This document shows positions 30,723 to 41,002 of a stretch of 64,000 nt of DNA, piece by piece. Numbering within the stretch: the first letter of the stretch is position 1; every line of letters begins with the position of its first letter. This DNA comes from an uncultured delta proteobacterium (GTDB lineage: Bacteria > Desulfobacterota > Syntrophia > Syntrophales > UBA2185): assembly GCA_963729715.1 (NCBI GenBank), contig CAVSPA010000004.1, positions 384,001 through 448,000 of the forward strand. The letters are read 5' to 3'. Made by a program: the position numbers and the translations under genes. The notes below the pieces were generated by a model that saw only the letters and a program-made list of their open reading frames with translations, searched no databases and was not told the origin of the DNA.

Positions 30723-31074
30723 CTTCTCCAGAATTTATTTTATTGCATTCACGCATCTTTTTGATACGATGCTCTGTAAATTCCTTATTACGATAACGTA
30801 GAGATATCCTGGCGGGCTCGTGATCCTTGTTGTAACGATGGGGCCACAGAACCCAGGGCGGAACGCCTAACTGCTCTGCGATGATCTTTTCGTATTTTGG
30901 GCAGGGCTGATGTTTGACGTGAACAAAGTTGGTCCTGTTCACGTTATGGATTCCCGCGAGTGCACTGAGCGTTATACCCTTAAGCTCAAGGCCGTGTTTT
31001 ATAGTAGCCCAGATTGCGAATTCATCATCCGTGCAGCTGATTGATTCTGTTTCTCTTTGGTTGCTTTGCATCAT
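30697..31074 (-). CDS. Ner-like transcriptional regulator
   Basis: IKHGLELKGITLSALA..PCPKYEKIIAEQLGVPPWVLWPHRY. Confidence 0.9.
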   Translation of the reverse strand: MMQSNQRETESISCTDDEFAIWATIKHGLELKGITLSALAGIHNVNRTNFVHVKHQPCPKYEKIIAEQLGVPPWVLWPHRYNKDHEPARISLRYRNKEFTEHRIKKMRECNKINSGEVADEPDRS

Positions 31075-31082
31075 GATGGTTA

Positions 31083-31125
31083 TTTATAAGGAAAATAGAG
31101 CGAATTGTCAAGAAAATAAAGCGAA
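31083..31125 (-). promoter_or_regulatory. Early promoter (Pe-like) with operator direct repeats
   Basis: Minus strand TTGACA (31106-31111)-17 bp-TATAAA (31083-31088); GAAAATARAGCGAA at 31091 and 31112. Confidence 0.75.
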
Positions 31126-31157
31126 GTAAGAAAAAAAACACTATGATTGGCTAACTT

Positions 31158-31694
31158 ATGGAGAATTTTAGGAAAAGATTACGCATCGCTATAGATAATG
31201 AGTCCGTAAATGCGTTTGCGGACAGATCGAGGGTGGCTGAGAGTGTTCTTAGAAAATATTTATTGGGTCCAACCGTGCCAGGCATGGAGAACCTTGTCTC
31301 TATTGCCAGGGCTGCAGGAGTGAACATCAAATGGCTCGCCACAGGAGAGGGGCCGAAAACCGGAATGGAAATAAATATTGACCTTCTAGTTTTTTTGCTG
31401 GCAGCCTGTGCGGAATATGAAAGGGCACTGAATGTACCCCTTTCTTACGCCGAAAAGGCCTTTCTAATAAGCGCGATTTATAATAGATGGTGGCAAGATG
31501 GTGTTGAAGTAATTGGCCTTGGAGAATTTATTAAGGCAGATATCGAAGCGTTGCACCTATCAATGAAGAACGAGGAACTGTTGCGCTATCGTTTGAGTCA
31601 GTTATGGGACAGGGAATACGCGGATGCCATAATGGAAATGAGATCTCGCTCGAAATGTTTGAGAGGTGCGCTTAAAAAGAAAAAAAAGAAGTAA
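31158..31694 (+). CDS. XRE/CI-like repressor, divergent from ner
   Basis: FRKRLRIAI..SVNAFADRSRVAESVLRKYL.G..PGMENLVSIARAAGVNIKWLATGEG. Confidence 0.88.
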   Translation: MENFRKRLRIAIDNESVNAFADRSRVAESVLRKYLLGPTVPGMENLVSIARAAGVNIKWLATGEGPKTGMEINIDLLVFLLAACAEYERALNVPLSYAEKAFLISAIYNRWWQDGVEVIGLGEFIKADIEALHLSMKNEELLRYRLSQLWDREYADAIMEMRSRSKCLRGALKKKKKK

Positions 31695-31845
31695 GGCCAT
31701 AAAAGAGTTGTTTGTGGACTGTGTTACTGGGCATTTCCGATACATTTTTCACACTGGGGAAGAACGCGCTCCCCGTGATCGTTCTTAGAAGAGCGCCGCC
31801 GGGGCATTGAGGATAACGTTGTGCTTTCTGGGGAGAGTTTTAAAA

Positions 31846-32148
31846 ATGGGCCGCATATTATTTGGAGTGTTTTTCTTGTTGGTTGGTTCTTGTAATGCCT
31901 TGCAGGCATTCGGAGATCGAAATTTGAACGCCGCCGTGGGAGGCGGGTTTATCGCGCTCGTTTTAATAGTAGGCGGTGTAGCACTGCTCATCTCTGGCTT
32001 AAAAAGATATATGAAGCCGTCACCAGCTGCAGAGTCCAGTGCTGCGGAACATAGGAAGTGTCCCTTTTGTGCCGAACTTATTAAAAGGGAGGCTATCACC
32101 TGCCGGTATTGCGGGAAGGATTTGCCCCCAGTCGCTGCAGCCGAATAA
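31846..32148 (+). CDS. Small membrane protein with C-terminal zinc ribbon
   Basis: Two TM helices then [20 protein letters not shown]. Confidence 0.75.
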   Translation: MGRILFGVFFLLVGSCNALQAFGDRNLNAAVGGGFIALVLIVGGVALLISGLKRYMKPSPAAESSAAEHRKCPFCAELIKREAITCRYCGKDLPPVAAAE

Positions 32149-32260
32149 TTTACTTTTTTCTCCATGTAACTGCAAAAATCTACCTCGCGGCACTGTCTAC
32201 TTTTCTATCCCTTATTGGACGCATATCTGAATGTTTTTGTTTTTATGTCAATATTCTATG

Positions 32261-32399
32261 GTCAGAGTTAGCGGCCGTCTTTTTATATATCACGAAATAG
32301 AAATTATTAATAATTCCCATTTATTAAACGTAACTCTGACCGAGCGATCAAAAAATCTGCGTCAGAGTTACGTTTTGGTCAGAGTTGGCTGTCAGAGTT
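32261..32399. repeat. Five GTCAGAGTT repeats including a 15-bp perfect inverted pair
   Basis: Copies at 32261, 32332 (inverted), 32361, 32378, 32391; AAACGTAACTCTGAC / GTCAGAGTTACGTTT. Confidence 0.85.
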
Positions 32400-32624
32400 G
32401 CAAAGAGGTTTGGTCTAAATAATTTGCAATGGTTCATCTTTTCAATAAGTTATAAAAGACCGGTATCGCTGCGCGACGCGGCCGCGGCGGGTCCGCAATA
32501 GCCATTTTTGGTCAAACCTCGGTTCTTGCGCGTCCCCGCCGAAACCCGCACCCATCCCAAATCTTCACGGCTTATCCCAGAACTTCCCGCACACTTCCTT
32601 GGCCATACCTTCCTGCATCTAGTA
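32398..32624 (-). repeat. Element end with three putative transposase-binding sites (Mu L-end-like)
   Basis: Terminal site 32599-32624; TTGGTCAAACCT at 32508-32519; oppositely oriented TGCAAAGAGGTTTGGTCTAA near 32399. Confidence 0.75.
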
Positions 32625-32981
32625 TCCGTTACTGAATCGCCAAGTGTGCGCAATACTGCGACATTAAGGAGTCATCTGATCAAAAGTATCGTCCGCAAGG
32701 AAGCGGACTGCCATAAATTGAGGCTGAGCAAAGGCGGCACGGCAAGTCATTGGCATCCAAGATCAGCCTTCTCTCAAGCATTGTTTTATGACTATTGAAG
32801 GGTAATGATGTTGCAAACTGGCGGGATAAAGAGAAAAAATACGGCACCACCCGGGAAACCAGCAATCACCGCGGCATAGCTTCTGTGAAAATCCTATTTG
32901 GTTATGTACGAATATGCATGTCTGCAAAAACGTTTTCCAACCGAGACGGGCCTCATATGTATCATGCCCGATCCTTCAGCC

Positions 32982-33635
32982 TTATTTTTTTGCTGCCTTC
33001 TTAACCACGACTTCCGAATTGCGAAACATAACTTCTGTTTCCCCTTCGGTTAAACCTGCGCCCAGTGCGATTTTTTGCGCCAGATCCTTATGGACAAGAT
33101 CTTGGGGGGCGTGGCTATCGCTATTTAAGATGAGAGGGGTTTTTGCTTGACGCGCCATCTGTACAACATGACCATTTGTCAAACTATGTCCCTTCCTCGT
33201 TGTAATTTCGAGATATATTGAATTTCTTGCCGCCGCCATAGCTTCTTCCGCCGTAATCAGGCCGGGATGTGCAAGTATGTCAATAGGAGCCCTGAGGGCG
33301 GCCGCATTAGTGCCCTGCGCAACCGGTTCAACAATCGTTTCGCCATGAACCACAATGATCTTCGCTCCTGCATGTCTGGACTCTACCGCAAGATCGTAAA
33401 TATATTCCGGAGGAACATGGGTCAGCTCTATACCTGGAATCACCTGTATGGCAAGGGCATCGGTCAACTTCTGACAGACTTTCACAAGGCGGGAAATAAT
33501 AAAATCGAAATTGGAATGGTCGCCATGATCCGTTATGGCGAGGGCGCTGTATCCCGTCACCTTCGCCCTCCTCGCCAGTTCCGAGGGAATGAGCTCACCG
33601 TCACTAAAAATTGAATGCGTATGTAGGTCTATCAC
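32982..33635 (-). CDS. PHP-domain phosphoesterase
   Basis: DLHTHSIFSDG, ITDH, LAHPG, NSDSH. Confidence 0.9.
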   Translation of the reverse strand: MIDLHTHSIFSDGELIPSELARRAKVTGYSALAITDHGDHSNFDFIISRLVKVCQKLTDALAIQVIPGIELTHVPPEYIYDLAVESRHAGAKIIVVHGETIVEPVAQGTNAAALRAPIDILAHPGLITAEEAMAAARNSIYLEITTRKGHSLTNGHVVQMARQAKTPLILNSDSHAPQDLVHKDLAQKIALGAGLTEGETEVMFRNSEVVVKKAAKK

Positions 33636-33923
33636 AGGGCATTACCTCACCGTTATGTTAAAAATAGCGTCCATTTCATTCGGTCGACAGTAATATAGTT
33701 AGCAAATTTATGAGATGCGGTCAACAGACGATATGGATAATCTGATAAGAATCAAGTGCCGCCGATTCCATCGGAAGGCGATTGAAACGCGAGGCTCGTG
33801 GCTGTTGCTTGCGCATGCGCTATGCACCCCGATGCAGCATGGTCAATCTTTTTCTTGACAAACCTCTTTAACTCCATGTTACTGTCTGCTATTAAATAAG
33901 AACTTAATTCCCCACCTACGCTT

Positions 33924-35108
33924 ATGTTTAAAATTATCGATCGATACATCCTCAAGGAGATTGCCTATCCATTTTTCCTTATCCTCTTTGTTCTGACATT
34001 CGTTCTTCTTATGGGTAAAATTATTCAGCTCATGGACCTCATGGTCAATAAGGGTGTCAGTTTCGTCGATATTTCGAAACTTTTTCTATTGTTAACACCG
34101 TCGTTTCTGATATTGACCATTCCCATATCACTGCTGATCTCGATACTGATTGGATTGGGGAGGCTATCCGGTGACAACGAACTAACAATTCTAAAGGCAT
34201 CGGGAATGAGTTTATATAAACTCGTAGGCCCTGTTGCCGTTGCTTCACTAATAGCCTTCACCGTAACCGCCGTCACGAGTCTCTTCCTGGTTCCCCACAG
34301 CAAATACGCAACAAAAAATCTGCTCTTCAACGTCGCAAAGAAGAAGGCGAGCATAGGCATCAAGGAGAAGGTGTTCAACGACGATTTCAAAGGAATTCTC
34401 CTCTACGCGGAAACTATTCCTGTTCACGGTGATTACATGGAAGGGGTCATCATCTCAGACACAAGAACCAGCAAGGAACCCAGCACTATTATAGCGAAGA
34501 GAGCTTATCTTGTATCAGACCCTGCACTGATGACAGTGACCCTGCGACTGCAAAACGGCAGTACGCACACGGTCGATAAAATGATGAAGAACTACAGAAA
34601 AATGGATTTCAGCTCGTATGATATAAATCTCGATATCGAATCGTCCATCGCCGATGCAAAAAAAGCGAACGCAAAGGACAGTACCGAAATGACGATCTGG
34701 GAACTGTCTCAGAAACTTAAGACTGCTGGTTTCGAAGACGCTGTTTCTCGGGAAATGGCCATCGAATTTTACAAAGCGATTACAACTCCTCTTTCATGCA
34801 TAGTCTTCGGCATCCTTGGAATTCCCTTGAGTATCAGGGCGCACAGGGCCGTAAGATCGAGAGGGTTTACCCTCGGCCTCGTCATAGTTTTTATTTATTA
34901 CATCATACGTCTGGGCGGCGAGGCCTTGGTGGAAACAGGGAGACTTTCACCACTCATAGGAACATGGTCTCCCAATGTTGTATTTTGTATCGTCGGCTGT
35001 TATCTCTTGATCAGGGCGGCAAATGACCGGCCACTTCGCATGGAGATCCCCATCGGGACCTATTTGAAGAACCTGATAGCCAAGTGCACAAAGAGAATTG
35101 ATTCATGA
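33924..35108 (+). CDS. lptF: LPS export ABC permease LptF
   Basis: IIDRYILKE, LGRLSGDNELTILKASG; paired with lptG. Confidence 0.9.
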   Translation: MFKIIDRYILKEIAYPFFLILFVLTFVLLMGKIIQLMDLMVNKGVSFVDISKLFLLLTPSFLILTIPISLLISILIGLGRLSGDNELTILKASGMSLYKLVGPVAVASLIAFTVTAVTSLFLVPHSKYATKNLLFNVAKKKASIGIKEKVFNDDFKGILLYAETIPVHGDYMEGVIISDTRTSKEPSTIIAKRAYLVSDPALMTVTLRLQNGSTHTVDKMMKNYRKMDFSSYDINLDIESSIADAKKANAKDSTEMTIWELSQKLKTAGFEDAVSREMAIEFYKAITTPLSCIVFGILGIPLSIRAHRAVRSRGFTLGLVIVFIYYIIRLGGEALVETGRLSPLIGTWSPNVVFCIVGCYLLIRAANDRPLRMEIPIGTYLKNLIAKCTKRIDS

Positions 35109-36184
35109 CCATATTAGATCGATATGTGACAAAAGAGTTTATCCGGCTGTTTGTCCTCGTGCTGATGCTGTTCACATCGCTCTTCCTGATTGTTGAATTT
35201 TTTGAACGCATACGAATGTTCCTGAGTAATAATGCCTCTCTGCCCCAGATCCTTTCATATTTCTTTTTCATCATCCCCATGATGATCTCACAGACTATTC
35301 CCGCTACGGCGCTCCTCGCAGCTCTTTTGACTTTCAGCACCCTTGCAAAGAATTCCGAGGTGCTGGCCATGAAGGCAAACGGCATCAGTCTATATAGAAC
35401 CTCCCTGCCCGTGTTCATCGCATCCGTGCTCATCTGCATATTGGCCTTTCTTAATAGTGAACTCGTTACACCATACAGCAACCAAAAGGCCGACAACATT
35501 GTATACGTGGAAGTGCAAAAGCGAGAACCCTTGGGAACATTCAAGCAAAATCAACTTTGGTACAGAGGGCAAAGCGGCATATACAATTTCCGGCTTTTTG
35601 ATTCGAAGACAAATGTCATACAGGGAATTACCATAAATTATTTGGATAAGAACTTTACGCTGACAGCGCGTATCGACGCGGAAAAGGCGGAATGGAAAGA
35701 AGGCAAATGGGTATTTTACAACCTTTTGATAACGCGTTTTGGAGGAGAATTCCCCACACTCGAGTGGGCTTCCGCCAAAGTCATAGACCTCCCGGAGAAA
35801 CCAGCGGATTTCATCCTCGTCCAAAAAGAAGCGGAAAAGATGGGATTCGTTGAACTGAAAAACTACATCAAAAAACTTCAGGGTGAAGGATACGATGCAA
35901 CGCGATACCTGGTCGATATGCACGGCAAGATCGCATTTACTCTGGTTATCATAATTCTTATCACAATTGGTATTTCCTTTTCACTTATAAGGACCGAGCG
36001 AAGCGGCGGCGTCATGCAGAGCATCGGCGTCGGCATTATCATAGGATTCTCCTATTGGATTGTTCATGCCTTCTCCATGTCCCTCGGCCGCTCCGGTTCA
36101 ATACCCCCGATTCTCTCCGCATGGCTCGCAAATATTATTTTCGGAGTCGCATCGGTTATCATGTTCTTGCGCGTCAAGACCTGA
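35105..36184 (+). CDS. lptG: LPS export ABC permease LptG
   Basis: ILDRYVTKE, NSEVLAMKANGISL, PPILSAWLAN. Confidence 0.9.
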   Translation: MTILDRYVTKEFIRLFVLVLMLFTSLFLIVEFFERIRMFLSNNASLPQILSYFFFIIPMMISQTIPATALLAALLTFSTLAKNSEVLAMKANGISLYRTSLPVFIASVLICILAFLNSELVTPYSNQKADNIVYVEVQKREPLGTFKQNQLWYRGQSGIYNFRLFDSKTNVIQGITINYLDKNFTLTARIDAEKAEWKEGKWVFYNLLITRFGGEFPTLEWASAKVIDLPEKPADFILVQKEAEKMGFVELKNYIKKLQGEGYDATRYLVDMHGKIAFTLVIIILITIGISFSLIRTERSGGVMQSIGVGIIIGFSYWIVHAFSMSLGRSGSIPPILSAWLANIIFGVASVIMFLRVKT

Positions 36185-36206
36185 CACAGGTCCCTGTTTC
36201 CCGCTC

Positions 36207-37631
36207 CTAATAACGGTAATAGTCCGGCTTGAAAGGTCCGGCTACAGGAATGCCAAGATAATCGGCCTGTTCCTTGGTTAATCTTGACAGTTTCGCGCCC
36301 AGCCTCCTTAAATGCAGCCTTGCTACCTCTTCATCTATCTTTTTTGGCAGGGTGTGAACACCAACTTCATATTTCCCGGATGCAAGCTCAATTTGCGCAA
36401 GGCACTGATTGGTAAAGCTGGTACTCATCACAAAGCTCGGATGACCCGTGGCACAGCCAAGATTTACCAGTCTTCCTTCCGCAAGGACGATAATCGAACG
36501 CCCGGACTTTAGAGTCCATTTATCGACCTGAGGCTTTATGTTTTCCCTTTCGCAGCCTTTGCTTTTTTCCAAATATTGCATATCTATCTCGCTGTCAAAG
36601 TGGCCTATATTACATATAATGGCCTCATTCTTCATCCTGTTCATATGCCTGCCGGTGATGACCTTGCAGCAGCCCGTGGCCGTGATAAAAATGTCGCCCT
36701 TCGAGACGACATCGTCGAGCCTCATCACATCATAGCCCTCCATAGCAGCCTGAAGAGCGCTGATCGGATCGATCTCGGCGATAACAACCCTGGCTCCAAA
36801 ACCCCTCATTGACTGCGCACATCCCTTGCCGACGTCGCCATATCCGCAGATGACAACCATCTTGCCGGCAACCATGATATCGGTTGCCCGCTTAATACCA
36901 TCGGCGAGCGATTCCCGGCAGCCGTACAGATTGTCAAATTTTGACTTGGTCACCGAATCATTGACATTGATGGCCGGAAAGAGAAGCTCTCCCGCTTGAG
37001 CCATCTGGTATAGTCTGTGAACACCCGTTGTCGTCTCTTCAGATACGCCGATAACACCTGAAGCGACCCCTTGCCAATGTTGCGGATTCCGCTGTAACGA
37101 GTGCCTCATGCGATCCACAATAATCTGCAATTCCCTATAGTCGTATTTTCGCTCAAGCAGCAGAGGATCCTTTTCATATTTGACGCCCTGATGAATATAA
37201 AGCGTTGCGTCGCCTCCGTCATCGACAATAAGATCCGGACCGGAACCGTCAGGCCATGTCAGCGCCTGTTCTGTGCACCACCAGTATTCTTCAAGCGTTT
37301 CACCTTTCCAGGCAAAAACGGCTGAGGTACCCGCCTTGGCTATTGCCGCGGCCGCATGATCCTGAGTCGAGAAAATATTGCACGATGCCCATCTGATATC
37401 CCCGCCAAGCTCTTTAAGCGTCTCTATAAGCATGGCTGTCTGAATTGTCATGTGCAGGCTGCCTGTTATCTTTAAGCCCTTAAGCGGTTTCTTGCGGCCA
37501 TATTTTGCCCTCACTGCCATAAGTCCGGGCATTTCGTTTTCGGCAAGTTCGATCTCCTTGCGTCCCCAGCCGGCAAGACCGATGTCCGATATTTTGTATG
37601 GTAAATTCTTGACAAGTTTCAGATATGTCAT
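36207..37631 (-). CDS. ahcY: S-adenosylhomocysteine hydrolase
   Basis: [44 protein letters not shown]. Confidence 0.97.
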   Translation of the reverse strand: MTYLKLVKNLPYKISDIGLAGWGRKEIELAENEMPGLMAVRAKYGRKKPLKGLKITGSLHMTIQTAMLIETLKELGGDIRWASCNIFSTQDHAAAAIAKAGTSAVFAWKGETLEEYWWCTEQALTWPDGSGPDLIVDDGGDATLYIHQGVKYEKDPLLLERKYDYRELQIIVDRMRHSLQRNPQHWQGVASGVIGVSEETTTGVHRLYQMAQAGELLFPAINVNDSVTKSKFDNLYGCRESLADGIKRATDIMVAGKMVVICGYGDVGKGCAQSMRGFGARVVIAEIDPISALQAAMEGYDVMRLDDVVSKGDIFITATGCCKVITGRHMNRMKNEAIICNIGHFDSEIDMQYLEKSKGCERENIKPQVDKWTLKSGRSIIVLAEGRLVNLGCATGHPSFVMSTSFTNQCLAQIELASGKYEVGVHTLPKKIDEEVARLHLRRLGAKLSRLTKEQADYLGIPVAGPFKPDYYRY

Positions 37632-37671
37632 AAGGTCCTCCAGTCCATATCTTAGGTTCAATGCCTTCACG

Positions 37672-38850
37672 CTATATTGACGCAGCATGCCTCAAGGCTT
37701 CGACCATGTCCGCCTTTTCCCAGGTATAATCGTCCAGGAAGAATGTCTTGGGAAGTTTTCGGTAAATGCTGCCGTCGAGAAGCCTAAATTTTTCAATCAT
37801 GCCTCTCGGTGACAAGTCGAAATATTCTTTGATCAGCATGTTGATTTTGGCGTCGGAAATAATTCCCGTACCAAAAGTATTTACGTAGACAGAAATCGGC
37901 CTGGCCATGCCGATGGCATATGCCACTTGTATGGCGCATTTTTTTGCGAGCCCCGCGGCGATAATGTTATTTGCAACATAGCGGGCACCGAGTACTGCCG
38001 AGCAATCCACCTTTTCCGGCGATTTATTGACGATGGAACCACCTCCGATCTGAGCGCCGGGATACCCGCCATAGAGCTGAACGACAAGCTTCCGTCCCGT
38101 CACTCCTGAATCTGCCGCACTGCACGAATTGATCGCCTGCCATTCGCCAGTCGGATTGAAAAGGAATTCCGTTTTGTCATCGACCCAGCCTTTGAGGCAT
38201 TCCATAGCAAGACGCTTCGCCTGAGGCTCCACACTGGCTTTCGCGTTATTCGGCACTTCACGGTAATCGATTGCATTAGACATGAGAACCGTTGCCACTC
38301 GTAGCGGAACGCCCTTGTCGTTATATTCCACCGTTATCTGTCCTTTGCCGTCCGGAGCAAATATCGGATTCCCGCAATTCTCAAACGTCCTCATCATCCT
38401 AGTGGAGAGTACATAGGGAAGCGGCAGCAGCTCAGGTGTCTCATCGCAGGCAAATCCATATATTATGCCTTGATCCCCCGCACCGATTTCCTTGTGTTTG
38501 CCCATATCTGCACGGGTGCCGATATTGATGTCCGGAGATTGCTCTATAATCGTATTTAGTATACCCATTGAATTTCCGTTGAGACCAAGACGATAATCGA
38601 CGTAGCCTATTCCAAGAACCGTATCGCGGACAATTTTCTCCACATCCACATAAACCCGCGTGGCAACTTCTCCCCCGACTATACAGAGGCCCTTGCCGAG
38701 GAATATCTCAATTCCGCAGTGTGGCATCGTATCCGCAGTAACCCCGATTTTATGTTCCTCATCGAGAATTGCAGCAATGATGTTCGCTGCTATCGAATCG
38801 CATACAATATCCGGATGTCCAACCTTAACACTTTCAGATGTTATCAGCAT
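37672..38850 (-). CDS. metK: S-adenosylmethionine synthetase (divergent)
   Basis: [31 protein letters not shown]; adjacent to ahcY. Confidence 0.88.
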   Translation of the reverse strand: MLITSESVKVGHPDIVCDSIAANIIAAILDEEHKIGVTADTMPHCGIEIFLGKGLCIVGGEVATRVYVDVEKIVRDTVLGIGYVDYRLGLNGNSMGILNTIIEQSPDINIGTRADMGKHKEIGAGDQGIIYGFACDETPELLPLPYVLSTRMMRTFENCGNPIFAPDGKGQITVEYNDKGVPLRVATVLMSNAIDYREVPNNAKASVEPQAKRLAMECLKGWVDDKTEFLFNPTGEWQAINSCSAADSGVTGRKLVVQLYGGYPGAQIGGGSIVNKSPEKVDCSAVLGARYVANNIIAAGLAKKCAIQVAYAIGMARPISVYVNTFGTGIISDAKINMLIKEYFDLSPRGMIEKFRLLDGSIYRKLPKTFFLDDYTWEKADMVEALRHAASI

Positions 38851-38896
38851 GTGTTCTCACCCCTTATTCTAAAATTAATCATTGTTGTTATTGAAT

Positions 38897-39556
38897 CTAA
38901 TTCAATTCGTCTATCTTATCCTTCCCGCCGTACAATTTGTCCTTTCTCCTCGTGCGCTCAGTCGGAGTTACAATACCGACAGAAATTATATACGTTAAGG
39001 CTTCTTCGACTGACATGCCCACCTCAACCAATTCATCTTCCGGCACTATAATGAGATAGCCCGATGTGGGGTTGGGTGTTGTCGGCAGGAAGACACTGAT
39101 CAGGTTCTCCCCGGCCTTTCTCTTGATCTCCCAATTGGGTTTGCCTGTCACAAAGCCGATTGTGTATAAACCTTTCCTGGGAAACTCTGCCAGCACGACC
39201 CGCTTGAAACTGCTTCTCCTGTCCATAACCATGGTATCGGAGAATCGTTTGATAGCCTGATAAATATTCCTTACAAACGGTATCCTATAAAGAAGGTCTT
39301 CCCCGGATTGGACTATTTTATTGCCGACATAACTCGCGGTAATGAGGCCACAGATGAAAATTAAAACTACGGTCCCAATAACTCCAAGGCCGGGAATGTG
39401 GACGCCGAGCAGCGTGTCAGGATGATATCTTAAGGGGATAATCTTAAGAAGACTATCCATTATATCTATGAGAAAGAAAAGGATATAAAGCGTCAATCCT
39501 ACCGGGACAGTAACGGCAAGACCTGTCAAAAAAATCTGCTTCAGTTTCTTCTTCAA
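38897..39556 (-). CDS. DUF502 membrane protein
   Basis: RIPFVRNIY, EFPRKG, VFLPTTPNPTSG. Confidence 0.9.
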   Translation of the reverse strand: MKKKLKQIFLTGLAVTVPVGLTLYILFFLIDIMDSLLKIIPLRYHPDTLLGVHIPGLGVIGTVVLIFICGLITASYVGNKIVQSGEDLLYRIPFVRNIYQAIKRFSDTMVMDRRSSFKRVVLAEFPRKGLYTIGFVTGKPNWEIKRKAGENLISVFLPTTPNPTSGYLIIVPEDELVEVGMSVEEALTYIISVGIVTPTERTRRKDKLYGGKDKIDELN

Positions 39557-39630
39557 TGGTCGATGACCTTCATGCCATTTTCAAAGTCTATATATGTAAC
39601 AAAAAGCTAAGCTGTTTTCAACTGCTATTT

Positions 39631-39667
39631 AAAAAGGGGTTAGGTGCAACCACACCAAAACCCCTTC
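39631..39667 (-). terminator. Terminator after panD
   Basis: Minus strand AAGGGGTT...AACCCCTTTTT hairpin. Confidence 0.55.
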
Positions 39668-39718
39668 TTAGAATTCTGATCTCTGATTGTTGCTTCTTCA
39701 GTGCGGCTCTTGTAAACG

Positions 39719-40075
39719 CTACTTATCCTTCTTGACCCTGTTCTTATCGTCCAAGAAGATACATTTAGGACGCCACTTCTTTGGAGTAGGTTCATCAAGC
39801 ATAGCATAACTCGCAACAATAACAATGTCTCCCTTGGAAGCTTTCCATGCTGCAGCGCCGTTGAGACATATAACGCCGGAATCCTCTTCTCCCTCTATCA
39901 CGTAAGTGGAAAATCTCTCTCCGTTCGAGACATTGTATATGTCAACTCTCTCATAGGGCACTATATCCGCAGCATTCATCAGTCTCTTATCGATTGTGAT
40001 GCTGCCCTCATAGTGGAGATTGGCATCAGTCACTGTTGCCCTGTGCAATTTCGATTTGAGCATAAATCTTTGCAT
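39719..40075 (-). CDS. panD: Aspartate 1-decarboxylase
   Basis: [35 protein letters not shown]. Confidence 0.96.
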   Translation of the reverse strand: MQRFMLKSKLHRATVTDANLHYEGSITIDKRLMNAADIVPYERVDIYNVSNGERFSTYVIEGEEDSGVICLNGAAAWKASKGDIVIVASYAMLDEPTPKKWRPKCIFLDDKNRVKKDK

Positions 40076-40127
40076 GTTGTGTCTTCCCACCTCCGAAAAA
40101 GCCAATCTTCAACATTCTAAGTAATCA

Positions 40128-40988
40128 TCATATGTCAAGGCGATTCCCGAATACGTAATTATCTATCAGTCTGGTCTTGTTTATTTTGACGGCAAGGGCC
40201 AAAACAGACTCTCCCTCAATAAGCTCAACATCCTTGAGGGTTGCTGTGTCGCATATTTTAGCATAATCGATATTTGCATGAGGATGACGTTCTATGGACT
40301 TCCTCACCTCAGCAAGGATGGCCGCGGCATCCCTTTCTCCCCTGTCATACATCTTTTCGGCTTTCTTCAGGGAACGGCTCAGACTCAGAGCCGCTTCCCT
40401 TTCATCTGTTTTCAAGTACACGTTTCGCGAGCTCATGGCGAGGCCATCAGGTTCCCTCACTATCGGCATGCCGATAATATCGAGGTCCATATTGAGGTCA
40501 AGAACCATTCTTTTGATGGCCACAAGCTGTTGGAAATCCTTCCTGCCGAAGATCGCATAGTGCGGTTTGACAATATTGAAAAGTTTTGTGCATACTGTTG
40601 TAACGCCGCGGAAATGCCCAGGCCGGGTCATTCCACATAGATTCTGCGTAACGTCCTCAACATTGACATAGGTCTGACAGTGCTCCGGGTACATCTCTTT
40701 ATTGCCCGGATAGAAGATCACGTCAACGCCCACGTCACCCGCCAAGGCTTTATCTCTCTCAAAATCTCTCGGATATTTTTCAAAATCTTCCATCGGACCG
40801 AACTGCGTGGGGTTCACGTAGATGCTGATAGCCAGGCAGTCCGCCCGCTTTTTTCCCTCTCTCATCAAACTCAAATGTCCGTCGTGAAAATAGCCCATTG
40901 TGGGAACGAAGGATATCTTCTGTCCGGAATTTCTCACGGATTCGGAGACTACCTGCATTTCTCTGATGGAACTGATAATCCTCATCAC
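40128..40988 (-). CDS. panC: Pantothenate synthetase
   Basis: VPTMGYFHDGH, VNPTQF, RPGHFRGV, GLAMSSRN, RLIDN. Confidence 0.96.
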   Translation of the reverse strand: MMRIISSIREMQVVSESVRNSGQKISFVPTMGYFHDGHLSLMREGKKRADCLAISIYVNPTQFGPMEDFEKYPRDFERDKALAGDVGVDVIFYPGNKEMYPEHCQTYVNVEDVTQNLCGMTRPGHFRGVTTVCTKLFNIVKPHYAIFGRKDFQQLVAIKRMVLDLNMDLDIIGMPIVREPDGLAMSSRNVYLKTDEREAALSLSRSLKKAEKMYDRGERDAAAILAEVRKSIERHPHANIDYAKICDTATLKDVELIEGESVLALAVKINKTRLIDNYVFGNRLDI

Positions 40989-41002
40989 AATCCCTCATCC
41001 AT

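Larger units (their letters stand above)
19757..32624. mobile_element. 12.9-kb Mu-like transposable element (candidate transposable phage satellite)
   Basis: TCCGT duplicated at 19752-19756 and 32625-32629; terminal IRs match 20/26; MuA, MuB, ner, repressor, GemA plus TMP, capsid and portal inside. Confidence 0.9.

Noticed and set aside
32630..32980. Cobalamin riboswitch or genes in the former nrdD upstream region
   Set aside because: No B12-box recognised; the short ORFs lack motifs.
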